A stretch of DNA of 64,000 bases, from contig CDPCPM010000114.1 in the NCBI GenBank assembly GCA_976551045.1, positions 11,346,001 to 11,410,000 of the forward strand. The letters run 5' to 3'. Positions 1 to 12,949 of this stretch are shown here, piece by piece (positions within the stretch are counted from its first letter, which is position 1; each line of letters begins with the position of its first letter). The translations under genes were made by a program, and so were the position numbers. This stretch comes from Glaucostegus cemiculus (Eukaryota). Under the pieces are notes generated by a model that saw only the letters and a list, made by a program, of their open reading frames with translations, searched no databases and was not told where the DNA came from.

Positions 1-86
1 AACTCCTTACAGTCAGCGACGGGAATCGAACCCCGATCGCTGGCGCTGTAACAGCGTCACGCTAACCGCTACGCTATCGTGCCACC
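1..86 (-). mobile_element. tRNA-derived V-SINE (HE1-like), 5' head; body runs off the left edge
   Basis: Minus strand reads ggtggcacgaTAGCGTAGCGGttagc...GGTTCGATTCCcgtcgctgactgtaaggagtt, giving Pol III A and B boxes. Differs from the copy at 14372-14457 at only 6 positions. Confidence 0.85.
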
Positions 87-1194
87 ACTTAAGATATTAC
101 AAGAAACTACTTAAGATAGTGATGAAAGTACCACAAAATACCATGCACTAATACAGCTTCTATACAGCATTAAGCCATTTACTGTAACTTCACCTCACCA
201 CTCTACCACTAACTGTGATCTCACTCCAGAAGTCAGTCTGTTTCCATCTGTTCAGATGTTCACTCATGTCCACAGTTCCCTTGCAATCTGTCTTTAACTT
301 CAAATATTCTTCACATGCACAATTCTCTTTAACTCTCAGAGGAGTATGTTGCGACATGTACATGAGATCAATCCTGCATGCAGCTCCTTGCAAATTTGCC
401 CTAAACTCCCTCCATACTTTAAAACATAAAAATCACACACATGACAACCCCTTCCCCAAGGAATTCTGGGTAACTTTGAGCAGCTGATGAATGGGTTTCC
501 CTCCAGCAAAAAAAAAATCAAGCATTAGCATTTCTGGGAATGCTTTGGGAATGGATCCAGGCTTGGTGGAATCCAAGTTGCTACTTCTCTCTGCATTCTT
601 ATATCTTGAGGACAGCCTCAAAGAAACAAGCATTCCATTTCCTTCAACTCATAATCTGCTTTAACTATTCATATAAAAATCCTTTGTTTCCTCATAGACT
701 GCTTAGATAAAAATTTTGGTCAGTTTTTAGTCAATGTTGGTTTATCATGAATTAAATTGATTCTTACTACAGGGTTATGTGCAGAACAGAAGATCACCAG
801 AGATTCTCAGCTGGCTTCAATTTATACCTGTCTCCTTGTCGGATACCTGGAATACTTTCCTGTCTCAGTCTTCCTGAGGATGATTCCATCATCTCTTTCT
901 CGGATATATTGATGATGACCTATCTAGCACCTCCAGAATTAATTTCAGAATGCATATTGCTTCGATTGTATTTAAAGCTATTTGCACAGTTATGGTTTCT
1001 CTATCCCATAAAAAAGTATAGAGAGGCACTGAAGAAGATGCCAAAACAAAAGAATTTGGAACCATCTGCAAGGTGAAGTTCAGAATGCCATAGAACACTT
1101 GTCAGCATGTTTAATGACAATATTAAGTTCGGTCTTTATTGGGAGGAGTGCTATAAGATCAGAGGTGTGTAGGTTAGATTAAGTGACTGATTAT

Positions 1195-1508
1195 ACCTAT
1201 CATGAAGGTTTGGAGAAGGCTGGGGGCACCTTTCGACTTTAAAGAGAGAAAACCAAAGGGTGGCCATGAATTAAAGGGAAAGAATTCAAAAATTCCAGTG
1301 GGAAATTCAGGAGATGCATTTTTTATCCAGTGTGTAACTGTAATACAGAGCTCACCACTGCAAGTAGTTAAAATGAATAGCACAGAAAGGAATGGAAGGT
1401 TGTGCTTTCAGGGATAAGTGAAGAGGAGTGGAGAGAGGCTCCTGTGGAGCATATGCACAGCCATGGATCTGCTGGGCAGAATGGTTTGTTTGTGTTCTAC
1501 AGTCTATG
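1195..1508 (+). mobile_element. old CR1 LINE 3' fragment
   Basis: Decayed ORF2 end (aaagggtggccatgaattaaag...gcatttttttatccagtgtgta) and a 3'UTR-like ctgggcagaatgg..tgtgttct. Confidence 0.55.
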
Positions 1509-2084
1509 AAATTATGCACACAATTTTCCAAAAAAGTTATAACTTAATCCCTCATAAGCAATCCACATGTACATACAATGACAAACTATATCGAGAAGGT
1601 CCAAAAAATAACGTGCCAATTCTCCTAAGAATGGATTCAGGTCTCATTTCATGAACATTTATTTTTGATTTTTTTTCAAAGAATTCCTACTTTTTGCTGA
1701 GCAAATTCAAATAGTTCCATAGTTTTTTACTTTTTCACTTTTTCAGATTTTCTATCTAATTGCCTCAAGCAATTCTTAGTACTGGTCTCCTTGTTCTGGC
1801 CAAATGAAAGCTTTCAAAGGAAGCTCAATAATGTTTCAAGCTCTCATTTAACCCCTTAGGAGATTAAAACCAATGCTTGATGTAGAGGAACCCTGACAGA
1901 TTCAATAATACATTTTGCATATATACAATTAATAAGAGAGGGTAGATACCTTAAGGGCTATGAATAGTCCTCACATCTTCACACAATTTTTTACAATGCA
2001 TTCAACCACTTTTGCTCAGAGCAGTGATGCTGATTTTTTTATATAAGAGGATGACTTGCATTTTATTATCTTATTATTTCTATG

Positions 2085-3315
2085 AGAACAAGAAGTTGGA
2101 GTGGAAGGTCATACAGGTCCTCAAGCCTGCTTAGTAAGATGGCTGATCCTTTGCCTTAAGACAGCTTTCCCACACAATCCCCATATCCTCTGATTGACTT
2201 AGTGCCCAAACATTTATTTCTCTGAGCATCCTCAGCACTCCAAGGTAGAAAATATGTAAAGAGATTTCTTCCGTTACAGGTGGCCAATCCCTTTGGCTCA
2301 AGATTGTCCAGCCAGAGGAAACAGCCTCTTGGCATCGGTTCTAACGATCCCTCCAAGAATCCTGTGGTAACAGAAATCACTTCTTTTACAAACTGAGCAA
2401 AGGCCAATCTTATTCATTCTGTTCATAAGACAAATCCCTCATCTGAGAAATCCAAGGCAAGTAAATCCTTCTTTTAGTCAAGACCCAAAACTGCAAACAG
2501 AATGTAAATGATCACTGTAATCATTGCTGTAATAGTTACTTTCTTTTGTATTCCATACCCCTTGGACTGAAGGCAAGCACACCATTTGCCTTCCCAATTG
2601 CTTGTTTACTTTCTGCATTTTATGAAACACAGAATAAGATTCAAAATCTGCTGGCTTCTTAGTATTAAAAGTGATTCTGATTTTGTACTTTTCCTACCAA
2701 AGTGTACATTTTCCCATTCTTTATACTCCAGCTTAGCCACTCACTTAAAATTGTGTTCCTTTGCATAAGTGAAAACATTGCATCCTCCTTTTCATCTAAA
2801 TTATTAATATAAATTGTGAATAGCTGTGAGTGCAGTACACATCCCCTTGGCATCCCACGTGACTGTCTATCAACCTGAAAATTGTCCACATTTTCCTATT
2901 TTGTGTCCCTTAACCAATCCTCAGCCCACACTGTTGTATTGTTCCCCAACCCTATCAGGCCACATTTTCTGTAACAACTGTGTGTTGTAACTTCGCAATT
3001 GTTTTATTAAAATTTCGATATATGACATCAAACAGTACTCCTCATCCATTCTGCTGGTTCTATTCTTGAAAGAACAGTTACATTGATCAACATTAATCTC
3101 CTCTCACTGAATGTGGTCGGCTCTGTCTAATCATTTTATGATTTTTCAATTCTACCAAGCTGTTTGTTGATTCCAATATTTTACCAACAACAGATGTTAC
3201 GTTGACAGGTCTGTATTTCCTCTTTTTCTCTCCCCATTTTCTTAAACAGTAGCATTACATTTGCTACCTTCCTTGCACTGGGAATATTCCAGAATCTGGG
3301 AACTTTTGGGAAACC
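2085..3315 (-). mobile_element. degraded CR1 LINE fragments
   Basis: RT remnant GMPRGCVLHSQLFTIYINNLDE (compare GVPQGSVLGPxLFxIYINDLD), with a CR1-type 3'UTR near 2085-2160. Confidence 0.65.
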
Positions 3316-3321
3316 TGCCAT

Positions 3322-3930
3322 ATGGGCATTGAGTTCAGGAGTTGGCATGTGATGTTGAAGCTGTATAAGACATTGATGAGGCCAAACTTCGAGTATTGTG
3401 TGCAGTTCTGGTCACTTACCTGCAGAAAAGCTATGAATAAGCTTGGAAGAGTGCAGAGAAAATGTACACGGATGTTGCTGGGACTTGAGGACCTGAGTTA
3501 CAGGGATAGGTTGGATAGGTTGGGACTTTATTCCCTCGAGCGCAGGAGAATGAGGGGAGATCTTATAGAGGTATACAAAATTATGAGGGGGTATAGATAG
3601 GGTGAATGCATGCAGGCTTTTTCCCCTCAGGTTGGGTGAGACTAGAACTAGAGGTCATAGGTTTAAGGTGAAAGGTGAAATATTTAAGGGGAATCTGAGG
3701 GGGAACTACTTCACTCAGAGGGTGGTGCGAGTGTGGAACAAGCTGCCAGCGGAAGTGGTGGATGCGGGTTCAATTGTAACATTTAAGAGAAGTTTGGATA
3801 GGTACATGGATAGGGTGGGTTTGGAAGGATATGGTCTGGGTGCAGCTAGATGGGACGAGGCAGAAAACCAGGCTGGCATGGACAAGATGGGCTGAAGGGC
3901 CTGCTTCTGCGCTGTAGTGGTCTATGACTT
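3322..3930 (+). mobile_element. CR1 LINE, 5'-truncated (ORF2 C-terminus plus 3'UTR)
   Basis: LYKTLMRPNFEYCVQFWS...LERRRMRGDLIEVYKIM and RTRGH...FTQRVVRVWNKLP; ends gggctgaagggcctg...tctatgact. Confidence 0.92.
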
Positions 3931-4124
3931 CATGTTTTGTTTTCAGCCACTTGTTTTAGAACCTGGGATGCAAACTCCTTTGTGCGAGGGATTGGACCAA
4001 TCTTCATCTCCTTTACTTCTCTGGAGGTTACTCTCACATTTTTCAAAATATGTGGCTCAAAACTAACAAATGTGGTTAACTATCAACTGCCCACTGAATC
4101 TGTATCCCTCAGCAAATGAACCAG

Positions 4125-4660
4125 TCTATGCCTGCATGCAACAAGAGCTGGACAACATTCAGGCATGGGATGATAAGTGCCAAGTGACATTTGCTCCACA
4201 AAAGTGCCACGCAATGAGCAACCCCAACAAGGGAGAGTAATTATCTGCTCTCAACACAGCCTTTATCACCGTGTCCCTTACCATCAAAATCCAGGGAGTC
4301 ACCTTTCTCCAGAAACTCAACCGGACCAACCATATAAATACTGAAGCTTCCAGAACAGGTCAGACACTGGATATCCTGTGAGTGACTCAAGTCCTGACAC
4401 CCCAAAGGCTTTCCAGAAAGTACAAGGCACAAAGCAGGAATGTAATGGAAGACTCCTCACTAGCTTGAATGAGTGAATCTAAAAAAACCTTTTGAGAAGT
4501 TTGACACTATCAAGGACAAAATAGCCCCCTTGATCCACCAGAGGAACACAGTAACCCGGGCTACTCCTGAGGCACCTTACCAATAATGACGTCTAACACC
4601 AAGAAGGTCAATGGCAACAGGCACTCTATCAAGAAGTATTCCTTTCGTCCAAAGCATCCA
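4125..4660 (+). mobile_element. CR1-clade LINE fragment of a second subfamily
   Basis: MQQELDNIQAWDDKCQVTFAPQKC resembles the post-RT motif LQxDLDxIxxWAxKWQxxFxxxKC. Confidence 0.6.
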
Positions 4661-4789
4661 CCTTTCTCCCCCAAGCTTTCCCCCTCTTCTCTCCTGCCCT
4701 TCCCCCTCCCCCCTTCAAACCCCACTTCCTTTTCCTTTCCTTCATTTGTCATCCCTTCCCACCATCTTCCTGCCCTCTTGAAAAGAAAA

Positions 4790-4885
4790 TCAAAAAAACT
4801 GGGAATCTGAAAATGGCAAGTAAGGCAGCAGCTATGGAAAGAGAAACAGAGTTAACGGTTCAAGCCAAAGACCCTACATCAGAAC
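4790..4885 (-). repeat. Penelope-type terminal-repeat fragment with decayed hammerhead core
   Basis: Minus strand gttCTGATGtagggtctttggcttGAAccgttaactctgtttctctttccatagctgctgcc; the same module recurs elsewhere in the window. Confidence 0.55.
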
Positions 4886-4907
4886 AATGGGATAACTGGA
4901 AGGAATC

Positions 4908-5070
4908 CTGGTTTAACATCTCATTCAAAGAATAATACCTCTCACAATGCAGCATGTCACGGTACTGAACAGTATTTATCTTAGATGATACAACAAATCC
5001 TGGAACTGGGGGTGAATCCATAGCATTCTTGATGGAGGAAAGGGCTCTAACAACTAAACTAACTCATTAA
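4908..5070 (-). mobile_element. Deu-domain SINE (SacSINE1-like), degraded; another likely copy at about 18290-18470
   Basis: ggtttaacatctcattcaaaga...acctctcacaatgcagca...gtactg resembles the remembered DeuSINE core followed by a tRNA-like head. Confidence 0.5.
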
Positions 5071-5455
5071 AATCTATTTGACAACCCCAATCATAACTTT
5101 GCTGATGGAGAAATCAGACAACATGGGATGTCTTGGAGTAAGCTTGTTGGTGGCAGTAAAACTCTTGTCAATATGTGGCAAATTACAGAGTTATGAGAGT
5201 TTTACAATATGTTTAGATTCATTGGGATCTATGCCAGGTAATTGGATAAATCTGTGGTTTTGGTTTCCTGACAATAATTAATTATACTCATGTCTATTTT
5301 AGAATTCTGATTGTGGCATTTTCCCTTGAGTGAATCTGAGGTGACAGCAGGGCAATGTAGAAGCTCCAGATGACCAATCAAGTTCAGCAAATTGCTTTAT
5401 GATGAACTCTTGCTAACCTACTTTAAGTCAATCATCTCCACAACATCAACAAGAA

Positions 5456-7227
5456 ATAGAATATAGAACACTACAGCACAGTACAGGTCCTTCAGCCCAT
5501 GATGTTGTGTCAATAATTTATCCTGCTCTAAAATACCTAACCATCACCTCCCACATAGCCCTCCACTTTTCTATCATTCATGTGGATATCTAAGAGTCTC
5601 TAATATATCTGCCTCCACCACTTCTGCCAATGGTGCGTTCCACACACCCACCACTCTCTGTGTAAAAAAACTTACCTCTGACATCTCCCCTATACCTTCC
5701 TCCAATAATCTTAAAATTATGCTCCCTTGTGTTAGCCATTTTCGCCCTGAGAAAAAGTCTCTGACCGCCCATTCGATCTATGCCTCCTATCATCTTGTAC
5801 ACCTCTATCAAGTCACCCCTCATCCTCCTTCTCACCAAAGAGAAAAGCCCTAGATCACTCAAGCTATCCTCATAGGACATGCTGTCCAATCCAGGCAACA
5901 TCCTGGTAAATCTCCTCTGCACCCTCTCTAAAGCTTCCACATCCTTCCTAAAATGGGGTGACCAGAACTGAGCACAATACTCCAAGTGTGGTCCAACCAG
6001 AGTTCTGTAGAGTTGCAACATTATCTCGTGGCTTTCGAACTCAATACTCCGACTAATGAAGGCCAGTGTACCATATGCCTTCTTAACAACCCTATCGACC
6101 TACACAGAAAACTGAAGGGATCTATGGATGTGGACCCCAAGATCCCTCTGTTCCTCCACACTGTTAAGAGTCCTGTCATTAAACTTGTATTCTGCCTTAA
6201 AATTCAATCTCTCGAAGTGTATCACTTCATACTTTTCCGGGCTGAACTCTGTCTGCCACTTCTCAGCCCAGCTCTGCATTCTATCAATATCCTGTTGTAA
6301 ACTACAGCAACCTTTTACACTATCCACAACACCACCAACCTTGTGTCATCAGCAAACTTACTAACCCACCCTTCTACATCTTCATCCAAGTCATTTATAA
6401 AAATCACAAAGAGCAGGGCTCCCAGAACAGATCCCTGCAGAACACCACTGGTCACCGACCTCCAGGCACAATACACTCCATCTACAATCATCCTCTGTCT
6501 TCTATGGGTGAGTTGATTCTGAATTCACACAGCCAAGTTTCCCTGGATCCCATGTGCCTTGACTTTATGAATGAGCCTTCCATGAGGAACCTTATCAAAT
6601 GCCTTACTAAAATCCATGTACACCACATCCACTGCTCTACCTTCATCAATGTGCTTTGTCACATCCTCAAAGAATTCAATCAGGCTTGTGAGGCACAAAC
6701 TGCCCCTCTCAAAGCCATGCTGACTGTTCCTAATCAGCCTATGCTTTTCCAAATGCCCATAAATCCTGCCTCTAAGAATCTTCTCCAGTGATTTGCCCAC
6801 CACTGTGAGACTCACTGGCCTGTAATTCCCAGGGTTGTTCCTATGCCCTTTCTTGAACAAAGGAACATTTGCCACCCTCCAATTATCTGGCACAACTCCT
6901 GTGCCCAGTGAGAACATAAAGATCATCACTAAAGGCACAACAATCTTTTCCCTCACCTCCCGTTATAACCTTGGATATATCTCGTCTGGCCCTTGTGACT
7001 TATTGATCCCAACGTTTTTCAAAAGTTCCAGCACATACTCTTTCCTCACGTCAACATGCCCTAGCGTATCAGCCTGTCGTACGCCATCCTGACAAACATC
7101 AAGGTCTCTCTCACTGGTGAATACTGAAGCAAAGTATTCATTAAGGACTCCAGGCATGTTTCCTCTTTTATCCCTGATTGGTCTTACCCTCACTCCAGTC
7201 ATCCTCCTACTCATATACGTGTAGAAT
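5456..7227 (-). mobile_element. CR1 LINE, 5'-truncated, frameshifted RT
   Basis: NYRPVSLT, SQHGF, VDVVYMDFSKAFDKVPHGRL, LQQDIDRMQSWAEKWQ, RRRMRGDLIEVYKM; ttctat-type tail at the left end. Confidence 0.95.
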
Positions 7228-7599
7228 ATTAATAGAAGAGCAATCGAAACAGAGGGAGAACACTGAGAGACTCACAGAACATCCATCAAAGAGAGCAGGG
7301 GAGCTTCTTCAAAATTGGTCTGCCTTGAAGAAAATTTGCAGTGGAGTAGTAGAATGGAGACTTAAGAGATGGCAGATGTTGGAACCTGGAGCAAAAAGCT
7401 GCTGAAATGGGTCAGTTAGCATCTGAAGAGGAAAAGTTATGGTCACTGTTCAAGTCAAGATGTCAGCAATGCAGTTTACAATTCATTTTCCTCACCTTGT
7501 CAAGTAACTTTGGGAAGTTAATTCCATTCATTTGTTGAAAAGGAAATTGAAGTATTTCAGTGCAGATTTTATTATCTCTCAATTTTATGGGAAGCCTGG

Positions 7600-7932
7600 A
7601 TTTATTGCTGTTCCTAATTGAATGATTTGGTTAGCTGGGCGACTTCAGAAGGCCATTAAGATTTGTAGGTCTGGAATCGCATTTAGGTCAGTCAGGGTTA
7701 AATATGGCAGATTTTCTTCCCAAATGAATTTTAATGAACCGTGGGTATTTACAACAATCCCATAATTCAGTGATTGCTATTACTTATTCTAGCTTTTTAC
7801 ACTAGAATTATTTAATTAATTGAATTGAACTCCTGAGGTGCTGTGGTGGGAGTTGAATTCATATCTCTGGAACAATGGTCCAGGTTTCAGGGTTACTTGT
7901 CCAGTAAGTTAACCGTTGTGCTATTGCACCCT
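7600..7932 (-). mobile_element. old tRNA-headed SINE-like repeat (related copy at about 30720-30945)
   Basis: Minus strand begins gggtgcaatagcacaacggtta..ctggacaagtaacc..gaattcaactcccacc with decayed A and B boxes; similar sequence lies at 30720-30945. Confidence 0.45.
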
Positions 7933-8295
7933 ACCAAGAAAATAACAGTCCTCAAGTGAATATATGATCACCTGCCTGGGTGTTCTCTGCTTTAATACAA
8001 ATATTTTTTATTTTCACATGCAAATAAAATAATCTCTCTATTTCAATCCTCGGGGCAGTAATTGTTAAATATCCATGCATATCTCCAGCCTTTCTTGAAT
8101 ATAAATAGAGTTTTGTTCTGGATCATGGCTTCAATTTCTTTTAGACACAGGAACTGACAAAAGACAATAAACATAAATCCTGCTAAAGAAATATGGGTAG
8201 CTATGGTACTGGATGTTTTATCCAAAGAATTGGAATCAGCTGTAATAACTTCTCACTATTCTATAAACTGAGAACAGCAAGATATCAGGGTGGAG

Positions 8296-8430
8296 GTACA
8301 AGAATCGGCAGCTGCTGTCGACTAGAGCAACAATCTTCCAGGGGAGCTCAGCGGGTCGAGCAACATCTGTGGTGGGGGTGGGGGTGGGGAAGGAACTGTC
8401 GATGTTTTGGATTGAAACCCCGCATCAGAT
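8296..8430 (-). repeat. Penelope-type terminal-repeat fragment
   Basis: Minus strand tCTGATGcggggtttcaatccaAAAcatcgacag...cacagatgttgctcgacccgctgagctccc. Confidence 0.55.
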
Positions 8431-8434
8431 AGCA

Positions 8435-8772
8435 GGGTGGCACAGTAATTCATAGCTCCACGGACCTGGGCTCAATCCTGAACTTAGGTGCTGCCTGTGC
8501 AGAGTTTGCACGTTCTCTCCACAGCTGCGTGGGTTTCCCCAAGGTTCTCCAGCTTCCTCCCATATCCTAAAGATGTGCTGGTAAAGAAATTGCCTTCTGT
8601 AAATGATTCCAAAGCAGAGGTTAGTGTAAAATGAATCAGGGAGAGTTGATGGGATGTGTGAGAGAGAAGAGGTTGCAGACAGATGGAGAAATAAGGAGGG
8701 AGGAATGGGATTGCTCCCTGGGAGTGAGGATGGGCCTGGCGGGCCAAATGGCCACCTCCTGCATTGTTATAT
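8435..8772 (+). mobile_element. older V-SINE copy
   Basis: gggtggcacagt...gagtttgcacgttctctcc..tgcgtgggtttcccc..ctccagcttcctcccatatcctaaaga (V-domain core), with CR1-like tail gggccaaatggcc. Confidence 0.75.
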
Positions 8773-9591
8773 GAGTACAAGATAGAACTAACTTGAACAA
8801 CCTCTGGCCCTGGATTACCTTGCTACCTTCGGCACTTGTTTTGATGTTGATCATGATTTCAGATGACAATGGAAATTTTCACCAGGATACAGGCAGGGTT
8901 ATAGGCACCACATTGATCCTCCAAGGCTGTTGAAGTGTTCATAAAAAGTTTCATTCATTTCCACCATCAAGTCCTGACTGCCTTCAGTTGATTTTCTTGG
9001 AATGGCAGATCAGAGATCCATAAACACAGGATTTATCTTTTCCTATTTTTATCATTTTCATACTTGTACTCCTAAATGAGTGGGTGCTGCATCTTCCTGT
9101 CAACATGCCTACTCTTAAAACAACAACATCTGATTTCCACCCACTGCCAAACCCTCACACACTCGTTAAAGAAATGACATGAATTATGACCTTCCAGAAC
9201 TCAAGGATTTATGGACTGTTTTTGAAACGATTAGTTCTTTGCAGCAAGACTTTTATGAGCAAATTGTATTGCCAATTGTACTATTTTAAAATTTAACATG
9301 CTTCAGTAAGTTATTAAATGCATCAAGATGTAAGAATTTTTTAAAAAAAGAATTAGTCAGTGTTCAAGACATGATTAAATAGCATGTAAATGTTTCACTT
9401 TATTATAGTCTTGCAAAACTCATGCAAGATTCTAATGGAGCAAAAAAAAGACGTGTCACATTTTGTCCAGTTTAATTTTTCATTTAATTCATATGCATAT
9501 GAAGACAGAAATTTAGCAACATAATCAGGAACCAATCTCGAAGTTACATAGGGTTCCAAAGCGACTTTGTGTTGTGGCCCCCAATAAAAAG

Positions 9592-9905
9592 ACATAAGAT
9601 ATATGAGCAGGAATTGGTCTCTTGGACCCTTAAGACCACTCTGTCATTCACTAAGATAGTGGCTGTTCCTATCGTGGTCACTGTTCATCTTTCTTGCCTG
9701 TTCCAATAACCCTTGACTCCCCTATAGACCTAAAACCTGTCTATCATGGCCTTGAATGTATTGGATTATTCAGCCTCATGGTTCTCTGTGGCAGACAATT
9801 TCAAAGATTTATGACCCGCTGAGAGAAGAAATTCTCCCTCAACTCTGTCTTAAATGGGCTGTCACTATTCTGAAACTATGGCTTGGAGTTCTAGTTTCCC
9901 CCAGA
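9592..9905 (-). mobile_element. CR1 3' fragment
   Basis: acataagatatatgagcagga tail and ttcaaagattt..gagagaagaaattctccctcaactctgtcttaaatggg ORF2 end. Confidence 0.65.
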
Positions 9906-10887
9906 AGGCGATACAAATGAATCGCTGCATGCAAAAGCAATATATCCAATGTTGTTATGATATTGAATTGGTGGTGGTGGGGGGTTGTGGTGCCAGCCAG
10001 AGAGGTGCCCAGACTGTGGGATATACAAGGTAGCTCAAGATCCTCCTAGATAATTCTTAAATTAATATTAAAATGGACATTGCTGGGGATCAAGAATGCA
10101 CATTTCCTTTATCAAACGTTACCTGCCACTATGACAAAATCAGACTTCCAACCCATAAATGCTTGGCCATTTCCTGACAACGTGCAGGTTTGGAAATTAA
10201 TCTTTTCACTGCCCCTTCTATGCTATTTTCCATATTAGCTAAATTACATTGGTCCATTTTTCAAGCTTCATAAAAACTACATGAAAATACCACAAGTATG
10301 TCAGTGAATGCAATGAGATAGAAAATGCCTCACTACAAATGAAATTGGTTTTAAATATACCTTACATTATACAGTGATAAAAGTTTTGCATTTCATAATT
10401 CCCTAATTCTAAGCTAATTTAAAGTTCCTTACTTTCAATGCTTAAGTCACTTATTTTGCTCATGTTAATGAAGTAACATTAATAATTAAAGTGTACTGAA
10501 CAATTGTTTTATCAAACATAAAAACAAATGTCACCTGCTGAAAGACTGACAAATAATTATTTCTTTCAACCTTTTAATCAATGAATTCTAAAACATGTAC
10601 CAAAGATTTTCGTTCTGTTGACAAGCTTGCATGTATTTTTCAGAAAATATTCAAGCTGTTTCGTTGATCAAATAGAATTTATATTTTCTAATAATTGTGA
10701 AGGCAGACAAAATCTTCTTAAAACAAAATGACATGAATTGATGTTGGTTACGCTGAAAAGATTTATTGGAAAAATACAATCTATTAGATATAATCATGCA
10801 ACAAATTGCAACAAACACACTTTAGTTCATAGAAGTTAATGAAAATATGGCAATTTCTCCATCTAAATCATTTAAAAATTATCAGTC

Positions 10888-10893
10888 TTTATT
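10888..10893 (-). promoter_or_regulatory. candidate polyadenylation signal AATAAA for CFAP47 (second candidate at 10762-10767)
   Basis: tttatt on the + strand, about 83 nt downstream of the stop codon. The region is AT-rich, so a chance match is possible. Confidence 0.45.
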
Positions 10894-10975
10894 TGCACAT
10901 ACAGACAAAGCAATCAGTATTCTTATCAAATTTAAACATTTGCCAAATAAAAGTCCAATGAAATGTAAATTATAT

Positions 10976-11200
10976 TTACTTTGCTCTACTTGTTTTGCTT
11001 AATGTGACGAGAGGAGCACCTTTCAGAGGAGAGGACACTGCAGTTGCTGTCACCTTGAGGTTTTCACGAATAAAGTTGCGTTGCTGTACTGGAACACAGT
11101 GCCTGAACCCTGTTGTAGTAACTTTGCCATGTTGAATGTTGGGAGGAGTATACTGGGGATCCAAACCATTGATCTCGTACATCCATTGCATATCTGCTGT
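10976..11200 (-). CDS. CFAP47: CFAP47 terminal coding exon with stop codon
   Basis: Acceptor cttgtacttatag|, phase 0; 225 nt. Translates TADMQWMYEINGLDPQYTPPNIQHGKVTTTGFRHCVPVQQRNFIRENLKVTATAVSSPLKGAPLVTLSKTSRAK*, matching the remembered CFAP47 C-terminus W.YEINGL...NF.REN.K....VSS..KGAPLV. Confidence 0.92.
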   Translation of the reverse strand, partial: TADMQWMYEINGLDPQYTPPNIQHGKVTTTGFRHCVPVQQRNFIRENLKVTATAVSSPLKGAPLVTLSKTSRAK

Positions 11201-11429
11201 CTATAAGTACAAGTGTTATAAGCATTTCTGTTTCATAGCTTCAATATAGTTCACATACAAAATGCTGTGTCAAAAATTCTATTATTCCCATTCCAGTACA
11301 ATTAGGAAAGGATGCTTGTTTCTGCAGTGCCCAATACACTAGTCCCATCAGAAATCTTGTCTCAGCTAATTAAAATAATGTATTGTGATGGGGCAAGAAT
11401 GCAAGTCCTCCCATCAGTTGTGAAAGGCA

Positions 11430-12735
11430 TGAAATGGATTAAGAAAGAGAAAGCAGAATGAGAGAGTAATCCATTGAGAAGCTCAATGAAACAGACTATA
11501 AGAGCCCCTAAAGAAATGTAAAAAGGAAAAGATTGGTTTAAGATAATGTGAGTCATTAAAGACTGAGACAGGGGAAATTATATTGGGGAATAGGGGGATT
11601 GGAAAGAAATGAAACAAATATTTTGTGTCCGTCTTCAAAGAAGACAAAGAAAACCTTCCAGAAATTGTGGACAACAACAGGTCAAGAGTGCTTACAGAGT
11701 TGAAATCAGCATTTTAAAAAATACTATTGATGAAATTATTGGGAATGAAAGCTAGTTATGGACTTAATGAAAGAGTAACTCTGTCTGACAAATCTCTCAG
11801 GTTTTTAAGGTTGGAATTAGCAGAACAGGAAAGTGGAAATCAGTGGATATTGGTGTATTTGAACTCTCAGAAGACCTTTGATAAGGTTTGTACAAAAGTT
11901 AGCAAGCATAATTAATCAAGGAGGTAATAAACTGGCATGACTTCAGGATCTGTTAACACACAGAAGAGGGAGAAAAGTGGAAAAACCTGGTCATTTTTCG
12001 GTAGGGAGGCCATAGCCGGTTGGATGCTGCAGAGGTTGTTGGTGGGGCTGTCGGTGCTGGCCAAAATAATGGGCAAGGATATGGCATATGGAATATCATG
12101 TGGAAAAATGGGAGGCAATTGACTTACACAGGAATAAATATAAATACGTGTTTTAAAGGTGCTGGTTGTCCTAATCATTGAAGTTAGCATGTAAGTACAG
12201 CAAGGAGTTAGGAAGGCCAAAAGCAACGATGTCTGGAATATTGCATACAGGTCTGATCTCCCAACCCAGGGAAAGAAGTCCTTGTGAGGGATAGAGTATA
12301 ATGAATGTTTGTAGATTGATTTTTGAGATGGGTTTGGATTGTCTCATGAGAAGAGACTCAGCAGAGTTGACCTGTAACCTCTCAGATTTAGAATAATGAG
12401 AGGTGATGTCATCAAAACACACACAAGTTTTTCAGGACTTGACAAAGTAGATGCAGAGATGGTGCTTCCACTGACTGAGGTGACAGGAACTAGAAGTCAC
12501 AGTTTCAATAAAAGGGACTGGCTCTTCAGAACTAAAATGCAAAGAAATTTCTTTACCCAGTGAGTAGCTAATCTTTGGAATTCTCTCCGCAAGAGAACTG
12601 TGGCAACTCAGTCTGAGTATGTTCAAGAAAAAGATTGATAGATTTTTGGATATTAAGTGAATCAAGAGATATGGGGGCACCGCAGGAATGTGGCAAAGCA
12701 GGGACAAGGGAAGGAATGGCCTACTCCTTTTTCCA
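11430..12735 (+). mobile_element. degraded CR1 ORF2 and 3'UTR
   Basis: Remnants such as VYLNSQKTFDKV (compare VYLDFQKAFDKV), aacaaatattttgtgtccgtcttca (NKYFVSVF) and gaaatttctttacccagtgagtag; ends aatggcctactcc. Confidence 0.7.
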
Positions 12736-12949
12736 TAACCTTGTTGTGCAGAAGAAATATTGGGCAGAAAGGGAAGAAGCGAAGAAAGCAGATAGTGCAC
12801 AAATCCCCTGGGCCGCCTTCTTGTAAATAAATGCAACATTTTGGATAACACTGGGGGACATGGCTTTTCATGGAAATTCAACAAGAACTAAGTCTGTGGT
12901 GCCATGGGTGGCTCAGCTGTACAGCAGGAGAGGAAAAAGAGTGGAAGGC

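Noticed and set aside
1-86. tRNA-like sequence with A and B boxes (also at 14372-14458)
   Set aside because: It continues into the V-SINE core and a LINE-type tail, so it is a SINE head rather than a tRNA gene.
190-1098. Overlapping 60-99 aa ORFs, including 777-1076
   Set aside because: No recognisable domain and no consistent exon chain; ORFs of this size are expected by chance.
4660-4780. Pyrimidine-rich tract and Pro/Ser-rich ORF 4586-4810
   Set aside because: Low-complexity sequence; the amino-acid bias follows from base composition.
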